A stretch of 64,000 bases of DNA from an uncultured virus (IMG/VR IMGVR_UViG_3300045391_006705) (IMGVR_UViG_3300045391_006705); one strand, 5' to 3'; positions 53,898 to 63,780 are shown, counted from the first letter of the stretch. Notes: generated by a model not told the origin, from the letters alone. A program made the numbers and translations.

Positions 53898-55259
53898 ATG
53901 AAACGGATCCTGATCCTGGGGGACGCCGGCTGCCGCACCGGCTTCGCGCGCGTGGTGAAGGGCGTGGCCGACCGCCTCCACGCCACGGGCGAGTGGGAGG
54001 TCGCGGTCCGGGCCATCAACTACCGCGACGGCCACGGCATCGACTACGCCTACGACGTGCAGCCGGTCTCGTACGGCGGGCCCGATCCGCTCGGCACGGG
54101 GGCGGTCCCCTACTTCATCGAGGAGCTCAGGCCCGACGTCCTCTGGTCCGTCCACGACCCGTGGAACCTGTCCGCCTACGCGCTCGAGAAGCCGCCCGAG
54201 CTGCCGAGCGTGGCCTACGTGCCCGTCGACTGCCCGGCGGTGAAGTGGGACTACGCCCTGGCCCTCGGCGCCTGGTCCCGCGTCGCCGCCTACACCTGGT
54301 TCGGCGCGCGGGAACTCGCCGCCTCTGTCCAGGACGCCGTCGACGTGCTCGTCGAGACGACGGCGGACGTCGTGTCGAGGGACGCCCGCATGCGGACGCT
54401 CAAGGTGCCGGTGGGGATGGGGCGCCGGGCGCTCACCGTCCGGCCGTCGCGCCTGGCGCGCCTGCAGAACCTCGGCGCCTGGAGCGTGATCCCCCACGGG
54501 TTCGACCGGGGGGTGTTCGGCCCGCGCAAGAAGGCCGAGTGCCGCCGGGAGTTCGGCTTCGACGAGGGGGCCTTCGTCGTCGGCGTGGTCGGCGGCAACC
54601 ACCAGCGGAAGCGGCTCGACCTGGCCTTCCGCGCCTTCGCCGAGTTCGCGGCCGACGTACCGGAGGCCATGCTGGCGCTCCATTGCTACGGCGGGGACCA
54701 GGGCGGCTACGACCTGGCCGCCCTCACGCGGCTCTACGGCCTCGGCGACCGGGTCGCCGCCGTCCATTGGCAGCGGCCGGCGCTCGCCGAGGACGAACTG
54801 GCGACGCTGTACAACTGCTTCGACGTCCTGCTCAACACGTCCGGCGGCGAGGGCTTCAACCTGCCGGCGGTCGAGGCGGCGGCCTGCGGCGTGCCGCAGG
54901 TCGTGCCGGACTGGGCGGGGACGCGCGAGATTTGGCAGCATCACGGCCTGCTCATCCCGGTCGAGGGGTGGCGCCACGCCGTCGACTTCCTCAACACGGC
55001 CCACTGCAACGTCTCGCCGTCGGGCGCCGCCGCGCACCTGCGCAGGCTCCACGCGGAGGAGGCTTTCCGCTGGATGATGTCCGCCCGCGCCGTCGACCGC
55101 GCCGACGCCCTCCCGACCTGGGACGAGGTGGGGGACGGGTTCGCGCGCCTACTCGAGGCGGCGATCGCCGAGCCGGACGAGGCGGCGAGCCTCCAGGACG
55201 CCCTCGACGTCCGCGTCCGGCCGGAGTTCACCGAGGTGAGCCCCAGGCACGCCCGATGA
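53898..55259 (+). CDS. GT4-like glycosyltransferase
   Basis: TGFARV; RKRLD; EGFNLPAVEAAACGVP. Confidence 0.9.
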   Translation: MKRILILGDAGCRTGFARVVKGVADRLHATGEWEVAVRAINYRDGHGIDYAYDVQPVSYGGPDPLGTGAVPYFIEELRPDVLWSVHDPWNLSAYALEKPPELPSVAYVPVDCPAVKWDYALALGAWSRVAAYTWFGARELAASVQDAVDVLVETTADVVSRDARMRTLKVPVGMGRRALTVRPSRLARLQNLGAWSVIPHGFDRGVFGPRKKAECRREFGFDEGAFVVGVVGGNHQRKRLDLAFRAFAEFAADVPEAMLALHCYGGDQGGYDLAALTRLYGLGDRVAAVHWQRPALAEDELATLYNCFDVLLNTSGGEGFNLPAVEAAACGVPQVVPDWAGTREIWQHHGLLIPVEGWRHAVDFLNTAHCNVSPSGAAAHLRRLHAEEAFRWMMSARAVDRADALPTWDEVGDGFARLLEAAIAEPDEAASLQDALDVRVRPEFTEVSPRHAR

Positions 55260-55579
55260 GCGGGTCTCCGGCATCGGTCGACCGGCGGCGGCTCTGGGTC
55301 GAGGGCGGTCGGCTCATCGTCGAGTACGAGGACGGCCGGGCGACCCTGGTCCCCACGGTGGCCGTCGTGGTGGAGGCCGGCCACTTCCCGCGCGGCGCTT
55401 CGGCCGGCCGGAGCCGGGTCGTCCGCATCCAGGACGCGGACTTCGACGTCTGGCTGGCCGGGCGCCTGTACCGGTGCTCCGGCCAGGGGATCAAAGTCCG
55501 CGTGACCGAGGCCGACGCCGCCGCCCTGCGCCTGATGGGCGTCCTCTGGGACTACAAGGAGCGGATTCTGGCCTATTAG
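55256..55579 (+). CDS. hypothetical protein
   Basis: ATGA overlap. Confidence 0.65.
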   Translation: MSGSPASVDRRRLWVEGGRLIVEYEDGRATLVPTVAVVVEAGHFPRGASAGRSRVVRIQDADFDVWLAGRLYRCSGQGIKVRVTEADAAALRLMGVLWDYKERILAY

Positions 55580-55622
55580 CACCGGGTTTCCCAGGCTTCG
55601 ACGCCCTCCGAACCCCCCGCTT

Positions 55623-55653
55623 CCTGCGTTTGGCGGGCCACCCCGGCGACCTA
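55623..55653 (+). promoter_or_regulatory. class II promoter-like motif (copy 4), ahead of head genes
   Basis: CCTGCG-N18-CGACCTA. Confidence 0.65.
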
Positions 55654-55696
55654 TCCCATAGATGCCAACGGGATAGCCAGCATTGGGGGATGGGTC

Positions 55697-57295
55697 ATGG
55701 TGATCGACTGGACGAAAGTCAGCGTCGAACTGCGTCAACAGATCGAAGCGCGGCTGCCGTCCGGGGCGACCATCGAGAACCTCCGGTTCGCCGACGCGCG
55801 GCTGGTGAGCGTCGAGCCCTTCCCCGCCGCCACGGTCGGCGACGAGGCCTCCGAGGTCCGGGCCGCGATGGAACGGGCGGGCGGGCCCCCGATGGTGACC
55901 GACGGCCGGCCGACGATCCTCCGGGTCGTGGCCTGGATGGCGCACGAGGGGATCAACAAGAACCGGCTCGCCTTCACGCGCGAGGACCTGACCAAGGCCG
56001 CCGCGAAGATCAAGGAGCCGGACTTCCTGCCGATGGACTTCAACCATTCGGCGGTGGACGAACGGTTCGGCGCCCAGAAGGCGATCGGCGTCTGGTACCG
56101 GGCCGACATGGCCCAGGACCCCGAGGCCGGCGGCGCGTGGGGCATCCTCGCCACCGGCATGATGTGGTCCTGGCTCAACCCGGACATCGCCGACACGCTG
56201 CTCGCCGAGCAGGCCCGGAACGGCCGCATGGACTTCTCGATGGCCTGCATCGCCGGCGGCGTGACGCTCAAGTACGACGCCAACGGGCCGTACGAAGAGG
56301 CCCGCGACACGACCTTCTTCACGCTGTCCGCCCTGGACGTGCCGCCCGCCGACGTCCACGCGACCGGCAAGGGCGTCGAGGGAGCCACGGACCCCGGCGT
56401 CGAGGATCGGCTCCGCCAGGAGCTGAAGGGCGCCGAGGCGCCCGCCCCGGACGCGCTGCCGGCCGCGCCGAGCGCGCCGCAGCCCGATTCGCTCGCCGCA
56501 CTCGAACTCGCCGCCGACGGTTCCGGGCCCGCCCCGGTCCCCGCCGGCCAAACGCCGAACGGGGCTTCCGCGCCGCCGGCATCGAACGGAGGAATGATGG
56601 AAGAACTGCTCGCTCAGCTCAAGGCGCTCTCCGAGAAGGCCAGCGAGATCGCCGATGCGAACCTGAAGGAGTCGCTGACGGCGGCGCTCGACGCGAAGGT
56701 CACCGAGCTGCTCGCCAAGATCGAGGAGAAGGCCCAGGCCAAGACCGCCCGCGAGGCGGAACTCGAGGCCCAGGTGGCCGACCTCGCCGCCCAGGTGGAG
56801 GCCGCCAAGGTGGCCGCCGCCGCGACGAAGGACGAGGCCGTGGCCGCCGTCGAGGCGAAGCTCGCCGAGGCCGAGGCCAAGCTGACGGAGATGTCGGTCG
56901 CCAAGGACGCCCTGGCCGCCACCGTCGAGCAGGCGAACGCCGAGGTGGAGCGGTTGAACGGCGAACTGACGGCCGCCGCCGAGGCGCTCGCGGGCTACCG
57001 CGCGGCCGAGGCGAAGCAGGCCCAGGACGAGAAGCTCGCCTCGCGCATCGCCGAGCTGCCCGAGGCCTACCGCGCCGCGTTCGGCGCCCGGTCGGCCGAG
57101 GAGCAGGACAAGGCCCGCGCCCGCTGGTCCGAGATGACCGACGAGCAGTGGGAGGCCTTCAAGGCGGACATCGGCTTCATGCCGACGGCCCGGTCCTATT
57201 TCGCGCGGTCGCAGGACGAGGGACGCCTCCCGACGGGCGGCGGCAGCAACACCGGTACGGCTCGCGAGCGTCTCGCGCAGTTCCGGGACCGCTAA
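55697..57295 (+). CDS. prohead protease-scaffold fusion
   Basis: N-terminal NKN..F..DFNH..IG..FSM; C-terminal Ala/Glu/Lys coiled coil. Confidence 0.75.
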   Translation: MVIDWTKVSVELRQQIEARLPSGATIENLRFADARLVSVEPFPAATVGDEASEVRAAMERAGGPPMVTDGRPTILRVVAWMAHEGINKNRLAFTREDLTKAAAKIKEPDFLPMDFNHSAVDERFGAQKAIGVWYRADMAQDPEAGGAWGILATGMMWSWLNPDIADTLLAEQARNGRMDFSMACIAGGVTLKYDANGPYEEARDTTFFTLSALDVPPADVHATGKGVEGATDPGVEDRLRQELKGAEAPAPDALPAAPSAPQPDSLAALELAADGSGPAPVPAGQTPNGASAPPASNGGMMEELLAQLKALSEKASEIADANLKESLTAALDAKVTELLAKIEEKAQAKTAREAELEAQVADLAAQVEAAKVAAAATKDEAVAAVEAKLAEAEAKLTEMSVAKDALAATVEQANAEVERLNGELTAAAEALAGYRAAEAKQAQDEKLASRIAELPEAYRAAFGARSAEEQDKARARWSEMTDEQWEAFKADIGFMPTARSYFARSQDEGRLPTGGGSNTGTARERLAQFRDR

Positions 57296-57362
57296 GGCGA
57301 CACCGCAGCACGACGACGCACGCCCTTAACCGTATCACGAACGCTCGACAGGAGACACCACG

Positions 57363-57884
57363 ATGAGCAAGATGCACATCGCCAACTATCAGGACGCGCC
57401 GCGCTGGAGCTGCGTGGCCGCCGCCGACATGGACCTCGGCGAAGTCGTCAAGATCACGACGGGCGCCGTCACCGGCCAGCGGTACGCGGCCCGCGTGACC
57501 GCCGCCGGGGACGTCCAGAAGCCGGGCCTCTGGGGCGTCGTGATGAAGATCTCGGCGGACCCCTTCCAGGTCTCGACCTCCAACGTCAATACGGACCTCG
57601 GCAACCGCGTCGTGTCCGTCAAGTCGGGCGACGCCGTGGTCCAGGTGGCCGCCGGCGCGATCGTCGAGTACGACCCGTCGCTGTTCCACTCGTCGCTCGA
57701 TCCGTCGAACGGCGGCACGACCCCGACGGTCGGCGACTCCCTCGGCGTCAACACGACCGGCACGACCGCCAAGTGGTCGACGGCCGCCGCGACCTCGCTC
57801 TCCGGCGTCGGCACCACGATCAACGTCGCCCGCGTCTTCCGGACGTTCGGCACGAAGGTCCTGGTCCAGCTGGTCGAGGACTAA
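57363..57884 (+). CDS. putative head decoration/cement protein
   Basis: Position between scaffold and capsid; Thr/Gly/Val-rich. Confidence 0.55.
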   Translation: MSKMHIANYQDAPRWSCVAAADMDLGEVVKITTGAVTGQRYAARVTAAGDVQKPGLWGVVMKISADPFQVSTSNVNTDLGNRVVSVKSGDAVVQVAAGAIVEYDPSLFHSSLDPSNGGTTPTVGDSLGVNTTGTTAKWSTAAATSLSGVGTTINVARVFRTFGTKVLVQLVED

Positions 57885-58049
57885 GCGTCTCGGTAGCAGC
57901 GTGACGCGGCCCGGCGCCTGACGCGCCGGGCGGGGCGGGCGTTCGAGCGGTTCACGAGTTTTCCAGGCGTTTCACGGGCGCCCGGCAGGGGCCGGGGCCG
58001 TCACACGATCACTCTCCGAGTGTGACTCGGGTGGGGTGGAGGAACAAAC

Positions 58050-59030
58050 ATGACGAACTTCCGGAAGGCCTCCTGGTCCGACGAGAAGATCAAGAGCTGC
58101 CAGCAGGAGCTCGACAATCTCTTCTTCGAGGCCGTCGGCCGTGGCGAGAAGCGGATGAACCCGCACGCGACCGACGTCCTGAACAAGGACCGGGTCGACA
58201 TCGCCCAGACGATCATCAACCTGATCGAGCAGCAGCTGGCCAACACGGACCCGCTCCCGCTCATGGTGGACCAGGTCACGGGCGACATCCGCAACAACTA
58301 CGTGTGGCAGGAGCTGAGCTCCGCGCTCCGGGTCGTGTCCCGCAGCTACGGCAGCAAGCCGTTGAGCCAGCGGCTCGACTTCAAGGAATACTCGATGAGC
58401 ACCACGATGAAGGAAGTGGGCGTCGAGATTCCGCTCGAGGAAGTCTTCTCGGGCCGCCAGACCCCGTCCCTCGCCGCCGCCGAGATGGCGGTCGCGATCG
58501 GCCGGTACCGCGTCTCGAACACCCTCGACCTGATCGACGCGGCCGTCCCGGCCTCGACGGCGGACCGGTCGGGCGTCTCGGGCTACACCCTCCGGTACGT
58601 CACCGGCGGCGCGCTCAGCCAGGCCACCCTCGACAAGGCCATCGACGGCATGCGCGACGAGTCGGACGAGGTCACGATCATCGGGCGCCACATCAACATC
58701 TTCCCGGCGATCCGCGCCTTCACCCAGCTGTCCGTCGACCAGCTGGACGTCCTCGGCGATCGCGGCGTCGTCGGCCAGTACCACGGCGCCAACATCCTCA
58801 CGCTGCAGGACCCGTACGCGCGGCGTTCGGCCGACCACGTGATCCGCAAGGACCGCGTGTACCTCGCCTCGGGCACCCACGGCTGCCTCTACATGACGAA
58901 GCCCGTCGACTTCCTCAACTACAGCTTCGTGGATCCCCGGACGGCGACGTTCGGCGCGGGGCTGCGGCTCGAGGACGGGATCCTCATGTTCGACCCGTAC
59001 CGCTACCGCATCATCGAGCTCAGCATCTAA
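58050..59030 (+). CDS. major capsid protein
   Basis: 326 aa; strong RBS; position; GVVGQYHGANI. Confidence 0.75.
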   Translation: MTNFRKASWSDEKIKSCQQELDNLFFEAVGRGEKRMNPHATDVLNKDRVDIAQTIINLIEQQLANTDPLPLMVDQVTGDIRNNYVWQELSSALRVVSRSYGSKPLSQRLDFKEYSMSTTMKEVGVEIPLEEVFSGRQTPSLAAAEMAVAIGRYRVSNTLDLIDAAVPASTADRSGVSGYTLRYVTGGALSQATLDKAIDGMRDESDEVTIIGRHINIFPAIRAFTQLSVDQLDVLGDRGVVGQYHGANILTLQDPYARRSADHVIRKDRVYLASGTHGCLYMTKPVDFLNYSFVDPRTATFGAGLRLEDGILMFDPYRYRIIELSI

Positions 59031-59248
59031 CGCTGGGGTCGGCGCGGGACAAGCAGGACGCTCGCGGGAGCCTGGAGCTCGGTCTCCCGGCTCCCGCGAG
59101 TCGCAGGATGCCGCAGTTTGCGGGTTTGCACGTTTCGTTCGCACGGGCTACGCGGGCCCGGCCGGCGCCGCCGGCGGATCGCGGGGGAAGCAGGGCCTTT
59201 CGCGCACCCTCGGGTGCCAGTCACCAACCCAAAGGCAGGGAGTCCACA

Positions 59249-59884
59249 ATGTCGAAGAAGCAGAACGGCGAGCTCGATCTCGCCGCCGTCGCCGCCGCCC
59301 TGGCGTCGCTCACGGCCCCGAAGGAGAAGGCGATGGTCGGCGTCCGCAACATCTGCGGGTCGACCGTGTCGCTGCCGCCCTTCGCCGGCGAGCCGGACAT
59401 CGCGCTCCACCCGTACGACCCGGCGGATCCCAACTCGGTGGCCATCATCTCCGTCGCCCGCTGGCTGCAGGTCCGCAAGTCGGGCCTCTACGGCCAGGGC
59501 CTGGTGGAGCGGTTCGACGAGGTGCTCGACGGCTCGACGCCGCGCGCGCCCGAGGACCGGCCCGAGACCGGGCACCCGGACCACGAGAAGAACCGCCTCC
59601 CGGACCCGGTCGCCTTCATCGAGCAGACCGACGAGGGCGAGATGCGCGCCCGGATCATGGAGATCACGTCCGAGAACCAGCTCCACCACATCCTCGGCAC
59701 CGTCGACGCCAAGATGAAGGCCCTCGAGGCCCAGTTCCGCGCCGAGGGCGACCCGACCGCCTCGCGGCGCGCCGTCCGCGAACTGCCGATGAAGTACCAG
59801 GCCGCCGACCAGATCGCGCAGCAGCGGCTGGAGCAGATCGCCCGGACGAACGTGACGGAACTCAAGTCGCCGCGCAAGGACTGA
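59249..59884 (+). CDS. hypothetical virion-assembly protein
   Basis: GGGAG RBS; position after capsid. Confidence 0.65.
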   Translation: MSKKQNGELDLAAVAAALASLTAPKEKAMVGVRNICGSTVSLPPFAGEPDIALHPYDPADPNSVAIISVARWLQVRKSGLYGQGLVERFDEVLDGSTPRAPEDRPETGHPDHEKNRLPDPVAFIEQTDEGEMRARIMEITSENQLHHILGTVDAKMKALEAQFRAEGDPTASRRAVRELPMKYQAADQIAQQRLEQIARTNVTELKSPRKD

Positions 59885-59909
59885 GCGGCCGAGCCGGCGG
59901 AGGCCCTAG

Positions 59910-60341
59910 GTGAACACGCAACAGGTGATCCAACTCCTCCGCCGGAAGATCCTCACCGTCGACACGTCCGTCGCCTTCGAGGACGCCGACCTGCTGGCGG
60001 AGATCGAGGACGCTCGCGCGTTCCTTGAGGCGAAGGCCGTGGCCGGCATGGCCGGCTACGTGATCGACCCGACGGACACGACCGACGGGATCGCGCCCGA
60101 CATGACGTCGCAGCACGCGCTCATCGCCACGTACCAGGCGGCGATCTTCCTCCTCCAGCAGCGCTACGCCGACCTGACGCAGGCGGGCGCGCTCGGCGTC
60201 GTGTGGCGCTCCGGCCTCGAGGAGGAGTCGACCGTGACGGCGGAGAAGGCCTACCGGACGGCCATCGGCGCCATCCAGCTGGACCTGGACAAGCTGATCC
60301 TGGTCCAGAACAAGGCCACCTTCGCCATCAGGCAGACCTGA
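59910..60341 (+). CDS. putative head-tail adaptor
   Basis: Size, position, helical pattern. Confidence 0.55.
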   Translation: MNTQQVIQLLRRKILTVDTSVAFEDADLLAEIEDARAFLEAKAVAGMAGYVIDPTDTTDGIAPDMTSQHALIATYQAAIFLLQQRYADLTQAGALGVVWRSGLEEESTVTAEKAYRTAIGAIQLDLDKLILVQNKATFAIRQT

Positions 60342-60841
60342 TGCCGAAGGGGGACGCCGTCGCCGCCGCCATCGCGGCCAGGGTCCGGGCGAGCGACGAG
60401 ACCATCGTCCTGGCCTTCCCGTCGGCGCGCGCGGCCCTGCCGACGGGCCCCGCCGCCCTGCCCGCCTCGCCGATGACGGGCGCCGCGCCGGCGATCACGC
60501 TCGCGGGGACGGCCCCGGCGCCAGAATGGCCGCCCAGGACCGTCCAGTGCCTATGGCTCGACGCCCCGCTGTCGGAGACGCCCGATCCGTGGGTCCGGGA
60601 CGCGCGGGTCGGGTGGGTCGACGGGGCGCAGGCTCTCGCCCGCGTGCTGTGGGCCGACGTGGCGATCGACGCCGACGACCCGGCCGAGGGCACGTGGGTC
60701 GACCGGGCCCAGGACGTCCAGCACCGGGGCACCGCGTGGCGCGTGATCCGGATCGAGCGCATGGGGCCGAGCTTCCGCGCCCCGCACAGCGTGTCCGTCT
60801 GGCTGAAGGGGGCGAACCTCGAGGGCCAGCGGCTCGGCTGA
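60341..60841 (+). CDS. putative head-closure protein
   Basis: Position; HRGTAWRVIRI. Confidence 0.5.
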   Translation: MPKGDAVAAAIAARVRASDETIVLAFPSARAALPTGPAALPASPMTGAAPAITLAGTAPAPEWPPRTVQCLWLDAPLSETPDPWVRDARVGWVDGAQALARVLWADVAIDADDPAEGTWVDRAQDVQHRGTAWRVIRIERMGPSFRAPHSVSVWLKGANLEGQRLG

Positions 60842-60861
60842 TCCGCGAACGGGGAGGGCAC

Positions 60862-61068
60862 GTGGGGGATCCTAGGGAACTCGACCCGCTCGAGCGGCTC
60901 GAAAAGGACGTGAACGCCGCCATCAAGGCGCTCCTGTCCGAGATGGAGATCGCCGCCCGGACCCCGCCCATGGACGCCTGCCACCCCTACGAGTGCGAGC
61001 GCCGGCGCAAGCTGGTGATCCGCACCGTCTGGGCCCTGGGCCGCCGCCTCCGGCCGGAGGGCGAATGA
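60862..61068 (+). CDS. hypothetical protein
   Basis: GGAGG RBS; ATGA overlap. Confidence 0.6.
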   Translation: MGDPRELDPLERLEKDVNAAIKALLSEMEIAARTPPMDACHPYECERRRKLVIRTVWALGRRLRPEGE

Positions 61069-61697
61069 CGACCCAGTCCGACTTCTCGAGCCGCAACGTC
61101 GAGAACTCCGTCGCCGTCGCCCTGACCCGGAACCTCCTCGCCCTCGGCTACCTGATCTACTGGGCCCAGGCCGACGGGGTCGAGACCCCCGACGGGTTCT
61201 ACGGCTCCTACGCGGCCAACCAGGCCGCCCTGCAGTCGGACGCGACGTTCGCCGCCAGGTTGGCGGCGGCCAAGGGGTTGCTGACCGTGCGCGGGCCGCT
61301 CTCTGCGTCCCCGGCCTTCGTGACGCGACCCAGTAGTAGCGGCACGGTCGGCCCGCAGGACGAGATCCCGATCCCGGCCGTGGCCGTCCAGGTGGGCGGC
61401 GCCGCCCCGACCGGCAACTACGAGCTCGGCTCGCGCCTCAAGTGGCGCGCCCGGACCCTCTCCATCTCCGCCTTCGCGCGGTCGCTCGAGGAGCACGACC
61501 TCCTCAAGGACGCCCTGGCCGAGTACCTGGACGAGGATGTGGAGATCGACGTCCTGGACCACGACGGCGGCTCCCTGGCGGTGCTCGGCAGCGTCCGGGT
61601 CGTCGAACCGGCCGTCGAGGACAACATCCAGGTCCGTGGCACCCAGTTCACGACGTACGGCCTCGAGCTCACCGCGCACCTTGAGTATGTCGCGTGA
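61065..61697 (+). CDS. putative tail terminator/completion protein
   Basis: PAVAVQ..YELG..ISAFARS; position before tail tube. Confidence 0.55.
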   Translation: MTTQSDFSSRNVENSVAVALTRNLLALGYLIYWAQADGVETPDGFYGSYAANQAALQSDATFAARLAAAKGLLTVRGPLSASPAFVTRPSSSGTVGPQDEIPIPAVAVQVGGAAPTGNYELGSRLKWRARTLSISAFARSLEEHDLLKDALAEYLDEDVEIDVLDHDGGSLAVLGSVRVVEPAVEDNIQVRGTQFTTYGLELTAHLEYVA

Positions 61698-61723
61698 TTC
61701 GATGGGCTTGTCGGGCGTCTCTC
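61692..61723 (+). promoter_or_regulatory. class I promoter-like motif (copy 7)
   Basis: CGTGAT-N17-CGTCTCTC. Confidence 0.8.
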
Positions 61724-61748
61724 CGGTGAATTCTCACCGGGGGAAAGA

Positions 61749-62408
61749 GTGGTCGAAAAACAGTGTCGCACATGCGGGGTCGCGAAGGCCGTCGAGGATT
61801 TTTACGTCAGGCGAGCCAGCCCGGATGGGCGCCAGGCAGAATGCAAGGCCTGCCGCATAAAATCGAACAGACGCCGGACGGAGCGACGTTGTCCGAGGTG
61901 CGGAATCGTCAAGTCGCGTGAAGCATTCGGGGCCAATCGGAGCCAGGCGCACGGGCTGCAGACCTACTGCAAGGGTTGCGTGGCGGAAGCCGTGGAGGCT
62001 GCAGGCACGGACGCACGGCGACGTTGCGCAAAATGCGGTGCGGAGAAGGGGCTCGGAGAGTTCTATCGCAACCCAGCCGGCTTCGACGGAAGGCAGCGAT
62101 ACTGCAAGGCGTGCCAGAAGTCTCTGAGCCAGGAACGGTACCGGGGTCTGCGAGCCAAGGTCCTCCGAGCCTACGGCGGCGATTCACCGAAATGCGCCTG
62201 TTGTCCGGAGGCCGATGACCGGTTCCTGTGCGTCGATCACATCGGCAACGACGGCCGCGCGCACCGCAAACGGATTGGCCCCGCCGCGAATCAACTCTAC
62301 GCCTGGCTCGTGAAGCACGCATTCCCGCCTGGATTCCAGTTGCTCTGCTACAACTGCAACATGGGCAAGGCGCACTTCGGGCAGTGTCCCCACCGGCTCG
62401 GAACCTAA
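61749..62408 (+). CDS. HNH homing endonuclease with 3 N-terminal Zn-finger repeats
   Basis: CxxC..F..G.Q..CK.C x3; CVDHI..QLLCYNCN..K; low GC3. Confidence 0.85.
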   Translation: MVEKQCRTCGVAKAVEDFYVRRASPDGRQAECKACRIKSNRRRTERRCPRCGIVKSREAFGANRSQAHGLQTYCKGCVAEAVEAAGTDARRRCAKCGAEKGLGEFYRNPAGFDGRQRYCKACQKSLSQERYRGLRAKVLRAYGGDSPKCACCPEADDRFLCVDHIGNDGRAHRKRIGPAANQLYAWLVKHAFPPGFQLLCYNCNMGKAHFGQCPHRLGT

Positions 62409-62438
62409 CAAGTTACATTACCTGGAGGGCGTAAGTCC

Positions 62439-63764
62439 ATGGGAAAGCAAATTTTGTCCTCGGACAAGATCGTTCGGCTGAACAACTATTCCCTCCTGGG
62501 TCTGGTTCAGTCGAGCGACCTCGCTCCGAACTTCGGCGCGCAGGACATCAACGAACTCGGCCGCATCGAGCGCGTGGACACCGCCTACGAGCTCGAGAGC
62601 TCCGGCTCGTTCACGCTCGAGAGCTCGGGCGGCATGGCCGGCCTCCTGGCCCGCATGCTCCCGACTCGCACCGCCTCGGCCTTCACCGGCTTCCTCTACT
62701 CCGGCGCCGGCGCCAGCACGAACAAGAACGCCTACACGATCACCGAGGCGGACGTCCACGAGCTCCAGTTCGACATCGTCCAGTATGAGCAGCCCGACCA
62801 GGCGAACTTCACCCGGTCGGTCGTCGTGCCGCGCGCCTTCCCGGCCACCATCACCGGCCGGCTCGACGCCAACGGCATGGGCACCGAGACGATCAACTGG
62901 CAGGCGCAGGAGCTCTACGGCTTCGACACGCCGTACCACGACGTGATCATGACGACGGCGACCCGCACCACGTCGACCACCGCCACCGTCCTCGATACCA
63001 CGGTCACCTCGGCCGCGTACACGCTGATCTACGTCTGGATCGACGAGGTCCGCTACCGCACGGTCAACACCGACCCGAGCTACGTGACCTTCGCGGCGAA
63101 CGTCATCACGTTCGTCGGCGGCGACACGATTCCGGCCGACGCCATCGTCCGCGCCGTGGCCTACAAGACCACGAGCCCCTCGACGACCTTCCCGCAGTTG
63201 GTGGCCGACCAGCGCGGCACCGTCGCCTTCTACATCAAGGGGTGGCAGGCCGACATGTTCCTCGGCGTCGCCGACGTCGACAACCCGTCCAACACCGAGC
63301 GGCTGCAGAAGGTGCAGTCGGCCGACTGGTCGATCGATTTCAATCTCCAGCCCCTTCGCCAGATCCTCAAGAACACGGCGGGCACGGCGATCTACTGCCG
63401 CGTCCCGACCACGCCGTACGTCGTCTCGCTCACCTGCTCGCTGTATGAGAGCGACTGGGCCGAGTGGCGGAAGATCCTGAACGCGGACGGGGCCTCGACC
63501 CCGAAGTTCCCGACCTCCGGCAACGACGTGTACACGGATTCGTACGACTGGGCCCCGACGAACCTCAAGGGTTCGAGCGACGTCCCGCTGATCAGCGTGC
63601 TTCGCTACTACACCAAGGCCGGCAACCTCCTGCAGTCGGTCAAGTTCTCCGACCTGCGCATGGAGTCCCAGTCCGACCGGATCGCGGTCGGCGGCCGGGC
63701 CGAGATCCAGCTGGGCCTGCGCGGCACGAAGTTCGAATTCGAGGGCGCGAACCCGACTGCCTGA
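62439..63764 (+). CDS. major tail (tube) protein
   Basis: 441 aa Thr-rich; INELG; position; followed by a terminator. Confidence 0.65.
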   Translation: MGKQILSSDKIVRLNNYSLLGLVQSSDLAPNFGAQDINELGRIERVDTAYELESSGSFTLESSGGMAGLLARMLPTRTASAFTGFLYSGAGASTNKNAYTITEADVHELQFDIVQYEQPDQANFTRSVVVPRAFPATITGRLDANGMGTETINWQAQELYGFDTPYHDVIMTTATRTTSTTATVLDTTVTSAAYTLIYVWIDEVRYRTVNTDPSYVTFAANVITFVGGDTIPADAIVRAVAYKTTSPSTTFPQLVADQRGTVAFYIKGWQADMFLGVADVDNPSNTERLQKVQSADWSIDFNLQPLRQILKNTAGTAIYCRVPTTPYVVSLTCSLYESDWAEWRKILNADGASTPKFPTSGNDVYTDSYDWAPTNLKGSSDVPLISVLRYYTKAGNLLQSVKFSDLRMESQSDRIAVGGRAEIQLGLRGTKFEFEGANPTA

Positions 63765-63780
63765 TCGCGGTAGCGACGGA

